A stretch of 64,000 bases of DNA from ANME-2 cluster archaeon (GTDB taxonomy: Archaea; Halobacteriota; Methanosarcinia; Methanosarcinales; Methanocomedenaceae). Below, in pieces: positions 7,440 through 18,488 of this stretch; the stretch's first letter is position 1; the number at the start of each line of letters is the position of its first letter. Position numbers and translations under genes: made by a program. The stretch covers positions 5,909 through 69,908 of the forward strand of contig JAHYIS010000007.1 in the NCBI GenBank assembly GCA_019429385.1. The letters are read 5' to 3'. The notes below the pieces were generated by a model. The model saw only the letters and a list, made by a program, of their open reading frames with translations, ran no database searches and was not told the origin of the DNA.

Positions 7440-9056
7440 TTATCTATAGAACAACACCACACCGTATTCACTTTGCGGTCTGTTCATCCAACGGTACAGT
7501 ATGAAGTAATAATTAATATCCTCTGTCGAGTACCAGTACCATGCCATTTTGGCACTGTCAAGACGCTGGTATCTATCGCTTACTACCTGGTCCACATAAT
7601 CTGCATCCGTATCATGGACGATGATGATGGGCGCGTCCAGTACCGGGTCAGTTTCCAGGTCTACTCTCCACTTTACATTTTTGTAGTGACGTAACTGCCA
7701 TAATAACTGGGTCTCCATTTCCACATCCGTGACCTGTATCTCAGTGTAAAACCCTTTGTGCTGCTTTGCAGTCTCATGCAGGGTTGTAAGAAATTCCTGG
7801 TATTTCTGGGGCGGCTGGCTGGCCTGTATCAATGGCTCGGCTGGGTCTGAATAATTCTTATAGTTCAGGTTATAACTGGTATAGAGGAATAATGATGATG
7901 TGGATACCAGTATGACCACCAGGACCGCCTCAGCCCATCTTGGCCGGTGTTTAAGGGAAGGTACGATCTCACCAAGGTATGCGCCAGCTATCAATATTGC
8001 CGGAAGTAAGGGATGCAGTATCAACCAGGGTACTTTCTCACCTATATAGGCATAGGCTGCAAGGTTGACAGCCAGGAAATAGACAAGGAAGGCCATAATG
8101 GGATTTTCCCTGTTCTTTATGAACCGTACGGTATATTCTATGCTCCCTAAAAATGCGAACATGGCTATCGGAAGCTCGTACAGGAACAACAGCGGGAGAT
8201 AATAATACGGCGGACCGCCGATACGCTCTACTTTATGCATCTCATACCAGTGAGAGAAAGCAGTGAATACCGCATCTTTTACTGCTTCAAAGTCCTTAAA
8301 AAAATAGGAATAAAAAACAACGTACATTGAAAGGAACACTACTACGAACAGACCGACATCCAGCAGGAACCTGAACATGTTCTTCTCAATGAATGCAATC
8401 GTGTCATGTTTCAAATGTCGGGTGCGAAATCCCTGCCATAGCCTGTACAATACATATATTCCAGCCGGAAAACCCAGCAGTGCCAGGGTAACATATGCAT
8501 TCTCCTTGGCAGTGACCGAAAATGCCAGTGCGGCAGAGCCCAATGCCACATATATCAGCCTGTCGGGATTATTTCTTTGCTCAAGATATTTTGCCGCGCT
8601 CAGAATGGCTGTCAGCGTAAAGAAGGTGATGAATATATCATTGCGGTAGAACCGGGAATAGTACAGAAAGGAAGGTGAAAATGCAAAGAATGCAGCTGTA
8701 ATAAGCCAGCCCGGGCGGCCCAGATAATGCCTGAAAGGATAAACCAAAAGCACCATACCCACGCCGGTCAGGGCAGGGACCAGCCTTGCTGCGAATTCAG
8801 TATCACCCATGATGTTGAACACAACCACAGTAAGGTAATAAAGAAAAGGTCCATGGAATACCGGATTATAGGTATAACTACCGCCGGTGAATAATTTGTA
8901 CGCAAACGAGCCAACTGCGGCCTCATCATGGTGGAAAGGGCGTACATCGAGCTGGTACAGGCGGATGATCGTCGCTGTTATTACTATTGCACAGAAGATG
9001 AGGAGGTCAGGGTGGTTAAAAAATGGTCTTTTGCTTCTTGTTTCTGCCTCTATCAT
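7440..9056 (-). CDS. GT-C fold glycosyltransferase-like polytopic membrane protein (ArnT/PMT_2-like, archaeal TIGR03663-type)
   Basis: 538 aa with many TM helices. Early DE motif (FHHDEAAVG), then a soluble C-terminal domain. Confidence 0.65.
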   Translation of the reverse strand: MIEAETRSKRPFFNHPDLLIFCAIVITATIIRLYQLDVRPFHHDEAAVGSFAYKLFTGGSYTYNPVFHGPFLYYLTVVVFNIMGDTEFAARLVPALTGVGMVLLVYPFRHYLGRPGWLITAAFFAFSPSFLYYSRFYRNDIFITFFTLTAILSAAKYLEQRNNPDRLIYVALGSAALAFSVTAKENAYVTLALLGFPAGIYVLYRLWQGFRTRHLKHDTIAFIEKNMFRFLLDVGLFVVVFLSMYVVFYSYFFKDFEAVKDAVFTAFSHWYEMHKVERIGGPPYYYLPLLFLYELPIAMFAFLGSIEYTVRFIKNRENPIMAFLVYFLAVNLAAYAYIGEKVPWLILHPLLPAILIAGAYLGEIVPSLKHRPRWAEAVLVVILVSTSSLFLYTSYNLNYKNYSDPAEPLIQASQPPQKYQEFLTTLHETAKQHKGFYTEIQVTDVEMETQLLWQLRHYKNVKWRVDLETDPVLDAPIIIVHDTDADYVDQVVSDRYQRLDSAKMAWYWYSTEDINYYFILYRWMNRPQSEYGVVLFYR

Positions 9057-9216
9057 ATGGTCTATGATTTTGCTGGATGGTATTTAAGCATATTCAAACA
9101 TACCCATATTTTTATTATTAATACGAAATAGACATTGGCGACAGGTAATTACAATTGATTACATAAATTATAAATAGATGTAAGATGTGGTTACATTTTG
9201 AGTTGAGGTCTGAACC

Positions 9217-10068
9217 ATGAATAAGACATTACTGAAAATTCTCCTGGTTATGTTCTTTGCGGCACTTTTTTCTGGTTGTATTCAGCCCGATGCCGAAGAC
9301 GCGCCTGCAGGAACCATGATCCTTTCCACGACAACCTCTACATGTGATACCGGTTTGCTGGATGTATTGAATGCACGATTTGAAGAGGAAAATAATGTCA
9401 AAGTACTGACATTGTGCCAGGGTACAGGCAAGGCTATTGCCACAGGCGAGATGGGGGCAGCCGATGTGGTGCTGGTCCATGCACCGTCATCTGAACTGGA
9501 AGCCATAAAGCGGGGAAGTTTCATAGACCGCCAGTTTGTTATGTACAACTATTTCGTGATCATCGGCCCGGCCTCTGACCCGGCCAATGTGACGCACGCC
9601 ACATCTGCCACCGATGCTTTTACCAGGATTGCTGATGCACAGGCTCCGTTCATTTCCCGGGGCGACAATTCAGGCACCCACGCAAAGGAACTGGGACTGT
9701 GGAACGAAATACATATCACGCCGCAGGGTGTCTGGTACCAGTCAGTAGGTAAGGGCATGGGCGACACTATTATTACGGCTGATATCAAGCAGGGGTATAC
9801 CCTGTCGGACAGGGGCACCTACCTGGCCATGAAGGATAAAATTAACCTTGTGGCCCTCTTTGAGAACGACCAGGAATTCCTGTACAATCCATACCATGTC
9901 ATGGCAGTCAGTCCTGAAAAGTTCCCTGATGTGAACTACGGTATGGCACTGAACTATATTGAATTCCTTACCTCAGGCGAGGGGCAGGGTTTGATACAGG
10001 ACTTTGGATTGGAGGAATACGGCCAGCCGCTGTTCATACCTGCACACAATATAGATGAAGATGTTTGA
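9217..10068 (+). CDS. tupA: Tungstate ABC transporter substrate-binding lipoprotein TupA
   Basis: Lipobox-like FSGC signal and the TTTSTCDTGLLD anion-binding motif typical of TupA. It is followed by permease and ATPase genes. Confidence 0.8.
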   Translation: MNKTLLKILLVMFFAALFSGCIQPDAEDAPAGTMILSTTTSTCDTGLLDVLNARFEEENNVKVLTLCQGTGKAIATGEMGAADVVLVHAPSSELEAIKRGSFIDRQFVMYNYFVIIGPASDPANVTHATSATDAFTRIADAQAPFISRGDNSGTHAKELGLWNEIHITPQGVWYQSVGKGMGDTIITADIKQGYTLSDRGTYLAMKDKINLVALFENDQEFLYNPYHVMAVSPEKFPDVNYGMALNYIEFLTSGEGQGLIQDFGLEEYGQPLFIPAHNIDEDV

Positions 10069-10071
10069 TAC

Positions 10072-10824
10072 ATGAACAGCACCGAATTTATTATCCAGGG
10101 GATTATCACAGCAATCGAACTGATCGCAGGAATGGACCCCTATATTTTGAGCATAGCAGGGGTATCATTGAAGGTATCAGGAACTGCCACCTTCTTGGCT
10201 GCCATGACAGCCATCCCCCTGTCATTCATCATTTCCCACAGGGAGTTTTGGGGCAAACAGACATTGCTCACCCTCATAAATACTGGCATGGGCCTGCCGT
10301 CGGTGTTCGTGGGACTGTTCGTATTCATCATGCTGGTACCTGCCGGCCCGCTGGGATTCCTGAAACTTATATTCACCCCGGAGGCCATGATCATTGCCCA
10401 GTACATCCTGGTCACACCCATCATCACCGGTATCTCCCTGGCAGCGATAAATGCCGTGCCTCCCGCCATCCGTGAGAATGCATATACCCTGGGAGGCAGT
10501 CACAGGGACATTGCCGTTGTCGTGCTTAAGGAAGCAAAGTTTGGTATCGTAACATCTGTACTTGCAGGTTTTGGGAGGGCCATCGCAGAGGTGGGTGCTA
10601 TTCTCATCGTAGGCGGCAATATCGCCTATACGGGCAGTGTGGGGGGCATTGGTGAAGGACTGTCCTATACCAGGACGCTGACCACTGCCATCACATCCGA
10701 GACCAGCAGTGGCGATATATCAGTTGCTATCGCGCTGGGATTGATATTGATCACTATTAACCTGTCTGTCAATGCTGCAGCCAGCATGCTGCAAAGAAGG
10801 GGGGAAGTTAGTGGTACTGCTTGA
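10072..10824 (+). CDS. tupB: Tungstate ABC transporter permease TupB
   Basis: 250-aa polytopic protein in operon position between the binding protein and the ATPase. Confidence 0.8.
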   Translation: MNSTEFIIQGIITAIELIAGMDPYILSIAGVSLKVSGTATFLAAMTAIPLSFIISHREFWGKQTLLTLINTGMGLPSVFVGLFVFIMLVPAGPLGFLKLIFTPEAMIIAQYILVTPIITGISLAAINAVPPAIRENAYTLGGSHRDIAVVVLKEAKFGIVTSVLAGFGRAIAEVGAILIVGGNIAYTGSVGGIGEGLSYTRTLTTAITSETSSGDISVAIALGLILITINLSVNAAASMLQRRGEVSGTA

Positions 10825-11545
10825 GATTACCGGATTGAGGAAGACCTTTGGGGAGAAACAGGTACTCAGGGACATCAACCTGGAAGTGGAAAGGGGTGAG
10901 ATATTCGCCATGATGGGTCCGAGCGGAACAGGCAAGACCACATTGCTGAGGATACTGGACCTGCTTGAAAAGCCGGATACCGGCCATATCAAACTGGACG
11001 GGATGGTCATGAACGGGGGACAGAATAATAACCGTACCGCAGCAAGGCAGCGGATATCTATGGTGTTCCAGTCTCCGGCCCTGTTCAATGATACCGTATA
11101 TAACAATGTGGCATACAGCCTGAAGGTACGCGGGATGGATAACCATACCATTGAGCACAAGGTCAGCCAGAGCCTTGCCCTGGTGGGACTTGAAGGTTAC
11201 GGGAACCGAAAGGCTAAGACACTCTCCGGCGGCGAGGAACAGCGCATAGCGTTTGCAAGGGCCGTGGTGTTCGGGCCTGACCTGCTGCTGCTGGACGAGC
11301 CCACAGCTAACCTGGACCCTGCCAATGTGGCAAAGATAGAGGAGGTTATCAGGACCATTAACCGCGAACTGGATACGACTATCATCATCGCCACTCATCA
11401 TATGAACCAGGTACGGCGGCTGGCTGACAGGGTGGGGATGCTGCTGGAGGGGGAGTTGATAGAGACGGGCCGCGTGGAAGATGTGTTCGCGGGGGCGGCT
11501 GATGACCGGACACGGGCCTTTATAGAAGGGGAGATGGTGTGTTGA
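10811..11545 (+). CDS. tupC: Tungstate ABC transporter ATP-binding protein TupC
   Basis: Walker A GPSGTGKTT, signature LSGGEEQR, Walker B LLLLDEP. I propose a GTG start at 10811 (14-nt overlap with tupB). The track start at 10772 is probably too long. Confidence 0.85.
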   Translation: MVLLEITGLRKTFGEKQVLRDINLEVERGEIFAMMGPSGTGKTTLLRILDLLEKPDTGHIKLDGMVMNGGQNNNRTAARQRISMVFQSPALFNDTVYNNVAYSLKVRGMDNHTIEHKVSQSLALVGLEGYGNRKAKTLSGGEEQRIAFARAVVFGPDLLLLDEPTANLDPANVAKIEEVIRTINRELDTTIIIATHHMNQVRRLADRVGMLLEGELIETGRVEDVFAGAADDRTRAFIEGEMVC

Positions 11546-11789
11546 AGGGTGGGATTATGCTGAAATGAAGGATTTTTTGTTGGTTTGAATAAGCATAAAA
11601 CAGTTTCAAAGCAATAAATCGTTTTGTTTATGTATACGAAGACAATGTACTGTCAGTACGGTAATAGTTATTGCTATCCGCGCTCATTCTCATGCTCCTG
11701 AAAGGCGATAGATTTCTAGAGCACCCTTAAAATCCAAAAATTCGGCGCCCTAAAAGCATTTGAACTAAACAAAGAAAGTAGATGACCAT

Positions 11790-12071
11790 ATGATAGAATG
11801 CAAAAATATAGATGAAGTTAGGGTAAATATAGACGTAATTGATCGAGAGATAGTAAAGTTGCTATCTGAAAGAAGCAAATATGTTAGACAGGCTGCAAAA
11901 TTTAAGAAAAATACTGATGATGTACAAGCTCCAAAACGTGTAGAAGAAGTTATAGCAAAAGTAAGAAATCTTGCTTTGGAATATGGATTAAACCCTGAAA
12001 TAATTGAGCAGATATATCGCACAATGATTGCATGCTTTATTGAGTTTGAAATGAAAGAGCATAGAAAATAA
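11790..12071 (+). CDS. Chorismate mutase, AroQ class (PchB-like small form)
   Basis: 93 aa. IDVIDREIVKLLSERSKYVRQAAKFK...APKRVEEVI...EIIEQIYRTMI matches the AroQ helical-bundle motifs. Confidence 0.75.
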   Translation: MIECKNIDEVRVNIDVIDREIVKLLSERSKYVRQAAKFKKNTDDVQAPKRVEEVIAKVRNLALEYGLNPEIIEQIYRTMIACFIEFEMKEHRK

Positions 12072-12143
12072 ATTATCCTGGAAACCGATGAGTCAAGATA
12101 ATAGGCATAAGGAATTTAAATATATACTTTAATAAAGAACAAC

Positions 12144-12362
12144 ATGCGATTTAAGGTAGTTATAGAAGAAGATGAAGAAGTCGGTGGTTATGTAGTTAGT
12201 TGTCCGAGCCTTCCAGGCTGTTTTTCACAGGGGGATACTATTGAAAAAGCCTTAGAAAATATAAAAGAAGCTATACAGGCATGCCTCGAGTCTCTTGCTG
12301 AAGATGAAATTCAATCGTATTTGACCAAACCCTCAACCCAAGTAATTGATATGGTTGCCTAA
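12144..12362 (+). CDS. hicB: HicB-family antitoxin (UPF0150)
   Basis: MRFKVVIEEDEEVGGYVVSCPSLPGCFSQGDTIEKALENIKEAI is the canonical HicB N-domain. Its stop (TAA, 12360-12362) overlaps the hicA ATG (12362-12364) by 1 nt. Confidence 0.85.
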   Translation: MRFKVVIEEDEEVGGYVVSCPSLPGCFSQGDTIEKALENIKEAIQACLESLAEDEIQSYLTKPSTQVIDMVA

Positions 12363-12583
12363 TGCCAAAACTTCCAATAATTTCAGGAATAGAAGCTATT
12401 AAAGCATTTTCCAATGCGGGTTGGATTCCTCACCGACAAGTAGGGAGTCATGTTGTTCTAAGAAAAGAAGGATCCAAAGTTACGTTATCTGTCCCAAAAC
12501 ACAAGGAACTAAAGCCAGGTCTGTTGAGGCACTTAATTAAAGCTGCCGGGCTTACAGTTGAAGAATTTGAAAAATTGTTGTGA
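12362..12583 (+). CDS. hicA: HicA-family mRNA interferase toxin (YcfA-like)
   Basis: 73 aa. The pattern ...AIKAFSNAGWIPHRQVGSHVVLRKEGSKVTLSVPKHKELKPGLLRHLIKAAGLTVEEF is typical of HicA. Confidence 0.85.
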   Translation: MPKLPIISGIEAIKAFSNAGWIPHRQVGSHVVLRKEGSKVTLSVPKHKELKPGLLRHLIKAAGLTVEEFEKLL

Positions 12584-12785
12584 TAAGTAATCCTGCGCCT
12601 GAATCGAAATATCTAGACCCATCGAGCCGATAGAAATGCTGAAGCCTTGAGCATCCACGCTAGGATGCTTCGCACCTTCCAGTGCAGAGTCCGTGACTTG
12701 GCGTGCCTTGAAGCACAGGAAACTCCCCTCATCCTATAATCCCGGTAACCATTAAGGTTCCACAAACCATTAACAGATAAGCAGC

Positions 12786-13220
12786 ATGTTAGAAACCATT
12801 CCGCTTTACGCCAGTTTATTTTTCACCAGTTTCCTTGCTTCCACCATCTTTCCCCTTGGTTCAGAAGGGTTGGTAGTCTACCTTATCACGCAAGGCCACA
12901 ACTTCGGGATCGTTGTTGGTACCGCTTCAATAGGAAATTATCTTGGTGCCTGCACCACGTATCTGCTGGGCTGGGTGGGGCGTGAAAAATATCTTGAAAA
13001 ATACCTGCGAATGAAGCACAGTGAACTGGAACGAGGTGAATACATATTCGAAAAGTATGGCCCTCCAATATTATTGTTCACATGGGTACCGCTTGTCGGG
13101 GATGCCATAGCGGCAATGGGCGGTATCTTCAAGCTTAATTTTGCCGTCTTTTCAATATATGTATTCATAGGAAAATGTATGCGATATGTAGCTGTAGCAT
13201 ATCTGGCCGGATTGATATGA
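12786..13220 (+). CDS. DedA/YqaA-type (VTT domain) small membrane protein
   Basis: 144 aa with 4 predicted TM segments. Motifs ...FPLGSEGLVVYL... and ...LFTWVPLVGDAIAAMGG. Confidence 0.6.
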   Translation: MLETIPLYASLFFTSFLASTIFPLGSEGLVVYLITQGHNFGIVVGTASIGNYLGACTTYLLGWVGREKYLEKYLRMKHSELERGEYIFEKYGPPILLFTWVPLVGDAIAAMGGIFKLNFAVFSIYVFIGKCMRYVAVAYLAGLI

Positions 13221-13435
13221 ATCAAGTATCAGCCTCACGCCCCGTTGAGCGTAAACTCCTCCACCCACTCGAACCCGAACTCCTCCATATAATCACAGCA
13301 CGCTTTCTCGAACTCCCTGCGCTTTTGTGTGAGTTTAACAGTATCACATTCAGGATTATCCCTTTCAGGCATACTGGATGGTATATCCCGGTCAGGAGAT
13401 AAGATTAATTGAACCCTGCCCCCATACGAGAGGTC

Positions 13436-13843
13436 ATGACAAAAGTACTCTTCCTGTGCGTGGGCAACTCCTGCCGCAGCCAGATGGCAGAAGGATTCGC
13501 ACGCCATTATGGCTCAGATATCCTGGAAGCCCACAGTGCCGGCACCATGGCTGCATCTTTTGTAGCACCCAAATCAATAGAGGTCATGGCCGAGAAAGGA
13601 ATCGATATCTCGCACCAGAGCCCAAAACAACTTGATCCGGCCAACCTGCCGGACTATGACATTCTCATATCCATGGGTTGCGGGGTCCAGGACACCTGCC
13701 CGGCCGATAACCTCAAGGACTTCACAGACTGGGGGCTGGATGACCCTATGGGACAGCCTGTTGAGAAGTACAGGGAAGTGAGGGATGAGATTGAAAAGCT
13801 GGTACTGGGATTGCTGGAAAAATGGGAGCCTGGCCTGAAATAA
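13436..13843 (+). CDS. arsC: Arsenate reductase / low-molecular-weight phosphotyrosine phosphatase family
   Basis: Active-site loop VLFLCVGNSCRSQMAEG (CX5R-S). An ATG at 13436 preceded by GAGAGG is preferred over the track start at 13409. Confidence 0.85.
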   Translation: MTKVLFLCVGNSCRSQMAEGFARHYGSDILEAHSAGTMAASFVAPKSIEVMAEKGIDISHQSPKQLDPANLPDYDILISMGCGVQDTCPADNLKDFTDWGLDDPMGQPVEKYREVRDEIEKLVLGLLEKWEPGLK

Positions 13844-13857
13844 TGAAAAGGTACGTT

Positions 13858-14322
13858 TTACCCGTGATAATACGTGGGCTCATCAGGCTTCTTTTCTTCC
13901 TGTTTGCCTTTGAAATTAATAGCCGGCAGCGGCACAGCAGGCGGCAGGCCCAGTGTCTTTGACATGGTCAAAGCCAGGGGTGCCAGATTGCTCACCATGG
14001 TATTGGCAATCTCATTTTGCACATTGGTCGGTGCAGATCCGCCGGTCCACTCTTTGTGCATCGCTTCCAGGTCACCCTCCTGGTAATAATCCGTGCTGCC
14101 TTCAAACCTGATATAACCGATATTCGGATTCAGGTAATTGATGGACATGGCATACTCCAGTTTTATGACCTGCTTTTTGCCAAACGGAGTGTTCTGCTCT
14201 ACCAGCAAGGGATTTCTTATGTTGATATCAAAATTAATATTAATACTCTTGTGCTGCCTGGCACTTTCAGCACCGGCAAAAGATTTTGATTCTATCTGAT
14301 TTACCTGAAAACCTATTATCAT
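13858..14322 (-). CDS. Hypothetical protein (154 aa)
   Basis: Clean ORF directly downstream of rps10 on the same strand. I recognise no family. Confidence 0.5.
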   Translation of the reverse strand: MIIGFQVNQIESKSFAGAESARQHKSININFDINIRNPLLVEQNTPFGKKQVIKLEYAMSINYLNPNIGYIRFEGSTDYYQEGDLEAMHKEWTGGSAPTNVQNEIANTMVSNLAPLALTMSKTLGLPPAVPLPAINFKGKQEEKKPDEPTYYHG

Positions 14323-14440
14323 GCTTTTTCACCATACTAAAAATAAAGGGTAAGAATAATAAAGATTGGGTTACCACCCCAATCCTGTATCAATTTTTGG
14401 TCTGAAAAGACCTGCGGTATAAAAAACCGCCATAAAATCC

Positions 14441-14752
14441 CTAGTTGGTCAATACTATCTCTATGCTGATATCCTTGGGAACCTGTATACGCATGAGTTG
14501 CCGCAAGGCCCGCTCGTCTGCATCCAGATCAATAAGCCGCTTGTGTACCCTCATCTCCCAGTGGTCCCAGGTGGAAGTACCTTCTCCATCCGGACTCTTC
14601 AGAGTTGGTACCATCAGTTTCTTCGTAGGCATTGGTATTGGACCTGATATATTCACACCGGTCTTTATTGCAATACTTTTGACCTGTTCACATACATTAT
14701 CCAGGGTTGACGGGATTGTCCCGGTTAATCGAATCCTTGCTTTTTGTGCCAT
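14441..14752 (-). CDS. rps10: 30S ribosomal protein S10 (uS10)
   Basis: ARIRLTG...[31 protein letters not shown]. It sits in the conserved position after EF-1alpha. Confidence 0.95.
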   Translation of the reverse strand: MAQKARIRLTGTIPSTLDNVCEQVKSIAIKTGVNISGPIPMPTKKLMVPTLKSPDGEGTSTWDHWEMRVHKRLIDLDADERALRQLMRIQVPKDISIEIVLTN

Positions 14753-14793
14753 TAATGAATCTCCAAAACATAAAAAAAGAGACGGGTGAGGCC

Positions 14794-16062
14794 TTATGGC
14801 CTCGCCTTAATACTAATGACCATACCAGCTGCAACGGTCTGTCCCATATCACGGATAGCGAAACGTCCCAACTGTGGAATTTCCTTCACATTCTCAATGA
14901 CCAGTGGCCTGGTGGGCTTTACGGTCACGATAGCTGCATCACCAGCTTTGATGAAAGTGGGGTTCACTTCCTTCACTTCACCGGTCTTGGGGTCCAGTTT
15001 CTTGTCAATTGATATCAAGGTACATGCAGTCTGTGCCGTATGACAGTGGAACACAGGTGTGTAGCCAATTGAAATGGCAGACGGATGCTGCAATACAACG
15101 ATCTGTGCAGTAAACTCTTCAGCCACGGTAGGTGGTTTGGATGCGGGTCCGCATACATCGCCCCTTCTTACATCATTCTTTCCAATACCCCTCACGTTCC
15201 AGCCGATATTATCGCCGGGCTTGGCCTGGGGCTGTTCTTCATGATGCATTTCAATGGACTTGACCTCACCTGTAGCACCGCTTGGACTAAAAGTGACAGA
15301 ATCGCCTTTCTTCATAATACCGGTCTCGACACGACCTACCGGTACAGTACCGATACCGCTGATAGTATAAGCGTCCTGCACTGGGATACGCAGTGGCAGG
15401 GTTGTTGGCATCTCAGGTTCCTTCAGCCCGTTAAGTGCTTCCAGGATTGTTACTCCTTTATACCATTTGGTATTCTCGCTGTGGGTTGCAATATTGTCAC
15501 CCTTGATCGCAGATGTTGGAATGAAGTGCATATCGGCAGGTTTGAATCCTACCATCTTAAGAAGCACGCTGACATCTTCCTTTGCCTTGTTGTATTTTGC
15601 TTCATCGTAGTTGACCTCATCCATCTTGTTGATCGCAATGACCAGCTGGGTGATACCCAGTGTCCTGGACAGGAACACGTGCTCTTTGGTCTGTGCCTGT
15701 ACACTGTCCTTGCCGGAAACCACAAGAATCGCAGCATCTGCCTGTGATGCACCTGTGATCATGTTCTTGACAAAGTCACGGTGACCGGGACAATCCACGA
15801 CGGTAAAATAATACTTATCAGTATCAAATCGCTGATGTGCGATATCAATGGTGATACCCCTTTCACGCTCTTCTTTAAGGGAGTCCATGACCCATGCAAA
15901 AGCAAAGGATTCCTTACCTTTTGCTTTGGCTTCTTCTCTATACTTTTCAATGACATGTGGCGCTACAGCGCCTGTATCGTACATCAGTCTGCCTACAAGG
16001 GTTGATTTCCCGTGATCGATATGACCGATGACTGCCAGATTCAAATGTGGTTTCGCTGCCAT
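14794..16062 (-). CDS. tuf: Translation elongation factor EF-1 alpha
   Basis: G-domain motifs [17 protein letters not shown] and NKMD. 422 aa. Confidence 0.97.
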   Translation of the reverse strand: MAAKPHLNLAVIGHIDHGKSTLVGRLMYDTGAVAPHVIEKYREEAKAKGKESFAFAWVMDSLKEERERGITIDIAHQRFDTDKYYFTVVDCPGHRDFVKNMITGASQADAAILVVSGKDSVQAQTKEHVFLSRTLGITQLVIAINKMDEVNYDEAKYNKAKEDVSVLLKMVGFKPADMHFIPTSAIKGDNIATHSENTKWYKGVTILEALNGLKEPEMPTTLPLRIPVQDAYTISGIGTVPVGRVETGIMKKGDSVTFSPSGATGEVKSIEMHHEEQPQAKPGDNIGWNVRGIGKNDVRRGDVCGPASKPPTVAEEFTAQIVVLQHPSAISIGYTPVFHCHTAQTACTLISIDKKLDPKTGEVKEVNPTFIKAGDAAIVTVKPTRPLVIENVKEIPQLGRFAIRDMGQTVAAGMVISIKARP

Positions 16063-16177
16063 CTTTAATCCTCCAAACTATTGATTTTAATATAACTGAA
16101 TTTTTGTCTCACTATATCTTTTACTGCTTTTAAACTTTGTGTCGTTGTAGGCTGATATATGTTCTTTCAACACCAAC

Positions 16178-18370
16178 TTACAAACCCACGAAATCGCTGG
16201 GTTTTGGCATTTCAGCCTTTAATCCTTTCCGCTGCCGTATCTTAGTTACTACATCCTTTAATAAACTCATTGGAAGCGGTTCGAATCCGGCAAATTCCGT
16301 ACTCCATGATGCCCGCCCTTCAGTTGCAGAGCGGATATCACCGGCAAATCCGAACAGTTCAGCCACCGGAGCCTTGCTTTCAATAATAGTCATGTCCCCT
16401 TCCTGGGTCATGTTACTGATAACACCTCTGCGTCCCTGTATCTCTGAAGTAGCGCCGCCCATATTGTTCTGCGGTGTCTGGATAAAGACCTGCTGGTAAG
16501 GTTCAAGCAGTGTATCATCTGCCGATAACATGGCTGCCTGTATTGCAGAGCGAACTGCAGGAATAACCTGTGCAGGACCCCTGTGCACTGCATCTTCATG
16601 GAGTTTTGCATCCACCAGTTTAATCTTTATTGCCTGACAGGGCTCCCTGCTAAGGGGTCCGCCTACCATAACCTCTTCAAAACCATCAATTACCAATTCC
16701 ATGGTCTCGTTCAGGTACTGGATACCTTTGGTCATATCGATCAGGATATTCGTTTCATACATTGAAACAATACCTTTTGCTTCATCCTTATCGAAACCTA
16801 CTCCCATGAACTTTTCACGCCGTTCCACTTCGGGCATACGCATTGATACCTCCCCCGATTTGATAAGGCTCACGACGTCATTGGAAAGGGGTTCAATCTC
16901 AATATAGAACCGATTATGCCGGTTTGGACTCTTACCTTCCACCGGACCTGCATGTTTCTGCACGGTCTCCCTGTACACCACAATGGGTGGACTGGTGATG
17001 ATCTCCACACCTTTATCCCGTTCTATCCTGTGGGCAATGACCTCAAGATGGAGCTCGCCCATACCTGACATCAGGTGTTCTCCAGTCTCTTCATTGATAG
17101 TGATCTTAAGGGTATTGTCCTCTTTGGCCACCTGCCTGAGCACTTCTACCAGTTTTGGCAGGTCCTTCATATGCTTAGCTTCAACAGCAACAGTAACCAC
17201 AGGTTCGCTGGCATGCTTGATGGACTCGAACGGGAGCATATCAGATTTGCTTGAAACGGTCGCACCCACATAAGCATCTTTCAGACCAGTAACGGCTGCG
17301 ATGTTTCCTCCCGGTATCTTCTCAACTTCAAGTCGCTCCGGACCCATAAATATACCCACCTGCTGCAACCTGTTGGTCTTAGATGAGCCGGAAACGTACA
17401 GTTCCATACCTCTTTTCAGGGTACCGCTGAACAGTCTGCCTGTTGCGACCTCACCTGCGTGAGGGTCCATTGAGATATTAGTGACCATTAATGCCACGTC
17501 ACCATCCTTATTGGCAGACATCATATCCTTGAATTCCGTGGACTCCTTATTACCGTGCCATATCACATTCACCCTGTCCTTCTGGGCTACCAGTGGATTG
17601 GGAAGGAACCTGATTACCGTATCATTCAATACTTCATGAAGGGGGCATTTCAGTGCCAGTTCCTTCATGTTTCCTTCTTTGCAGTAATTAAATACATCAA
17701 CGAACCCTACTCCGGATTTTTTCATGTACGGTACACTGATGGCCCAGTTATACAGGGCAGAACCGAACACAACAGTACCCTCTGCAGCATCCATGCGCCA
17801 TCCTGCTTTGTATTTCTGTTCGTTCATACCCTTTATAAGCTTGTTCACATGGTCAATGACCTTACCCAGCCGGATCTGCATCTCCTGGGCGTCTACCTGG
17901 AGTTCGTTTATCAGTCTGTCAACCTTGTTAACGAACAGCACGGGCTTTACATGTTCTTTTAGCGCCTGCCTGAGCACGGTCTCGGTCTGGGGCATAGTGC
18001 CTTCCACCGCATCCACTACAACCACGGCACCGTCCACGGCCCTCATGGCCCTGGTCACATCACCGCCAAAGTCCACGTGACCAGGTGTATCAATAAGATT
18101 AATAAGATATTCATCGCCCTCGAATTCATGTACCATGGATACACAGGCGGAGTCAATGGTTATGCCTCTCTCCTGTTCTTCTGCATCAGAATCAGTGAAC
18201 AACTGTTTACCTGCCAGTTCCATTGAAATCATCCCGGCACCGGCAAGGATATTATCTGTAAGTGTAGTTTTACCGTGGTCAATATGTGCCACGATACCGA
18301 TATTCCGGATATGTTCCGGGTCATTCATGAGCACGGTCACGCGCTCAACCATCTTTTTCCTTCGTCCCAT
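16178..18370 (-). CDS. fusA: Translation elongation factor EF-2
   Basis: [18 protein letters not shown] and NKVD. The C-terminal HEDAVHRG is the diphthamide-region motif. 730 aa. Confidence 0.97.
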   Translation of the reverse strand: MGRRKKMVERVTVLMNDPEHIRNIGIVAHIDHGKTTLTDNILAGAGMISMELAGKQLFTDSDAEEQERGITIDSACVSMVHEFEGDEYLINLIDTPGHVDFGGDVTRAMRAVDGAVVVVDAVEGTMPQTETVLRQALKEHVKPVLFVNKVDRLINELQVDAQEMQIRLGKVIDHVNKLIKGMNEQKYKAGWRMDAAEGTVVFGSALYNWAISVPYMKKSGVGFVDVFNYCKEGNMKELALKCPLHEVLNDTVIRFLPNPLVAQKDRVNVIWHGNKESTEFKDMMSANKDGDVALMVTNISMDPHAGEVATGRLFSGTLKRGMELYVSGSSKTNRLQQVGIFMGPERLEVEKIPGGNIAAVTGLKDAYVGATVSSKSDMLPFESIKHASEPVVTVAVEAKHMKDLPKLVEVLRQVAKEDNTLKITINEETGEHLMSGMGELHLEVIAHRIERDKGVEIITSPPIVVYRETVQKHAGPVEGKSPNRHNRFYIEIEPLSNDVVSLIKSGEVSMRMPEVERREKFMGVGFDKDEAKGIVSMYETNILIDMTKGIQYLNETMELVIDGFEEVMVGGPLSREPCQAIKIKLVDAKLHEDAVHRGPAQVIPAVRSAIQAAMLSADDTLLEPYQQVFIQTPQNNMGGATSEIQGRRGVISNMTQEGDMTIIESKAPVAELFGFAGDIRSATEGRASWSTEFAGFEPLPMSLLKDVVTKIRQRKGLKAEMPKPSDFVGL

Positions 18371-18488
18371 CTCAATTTCCTCTGAAAAGTCTTAACATTT
18401 GAATAAATAAGAAAAATTTCACATACTTTCAATATGATTGTCTTAAAAAGCAATTGCGGCATACCTGAAATATGCCGCAGTATATCAT

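Noticed and set aside
13235-13507. 90-aa minus-strand ORF between the DedA-like gene and arsC
   Set aside because: Its upstream half overlaps the arsC start region. The non-overlapping 45-aa remainder (from ATG 13372) has no ribosome-binding site or recognisable motif.
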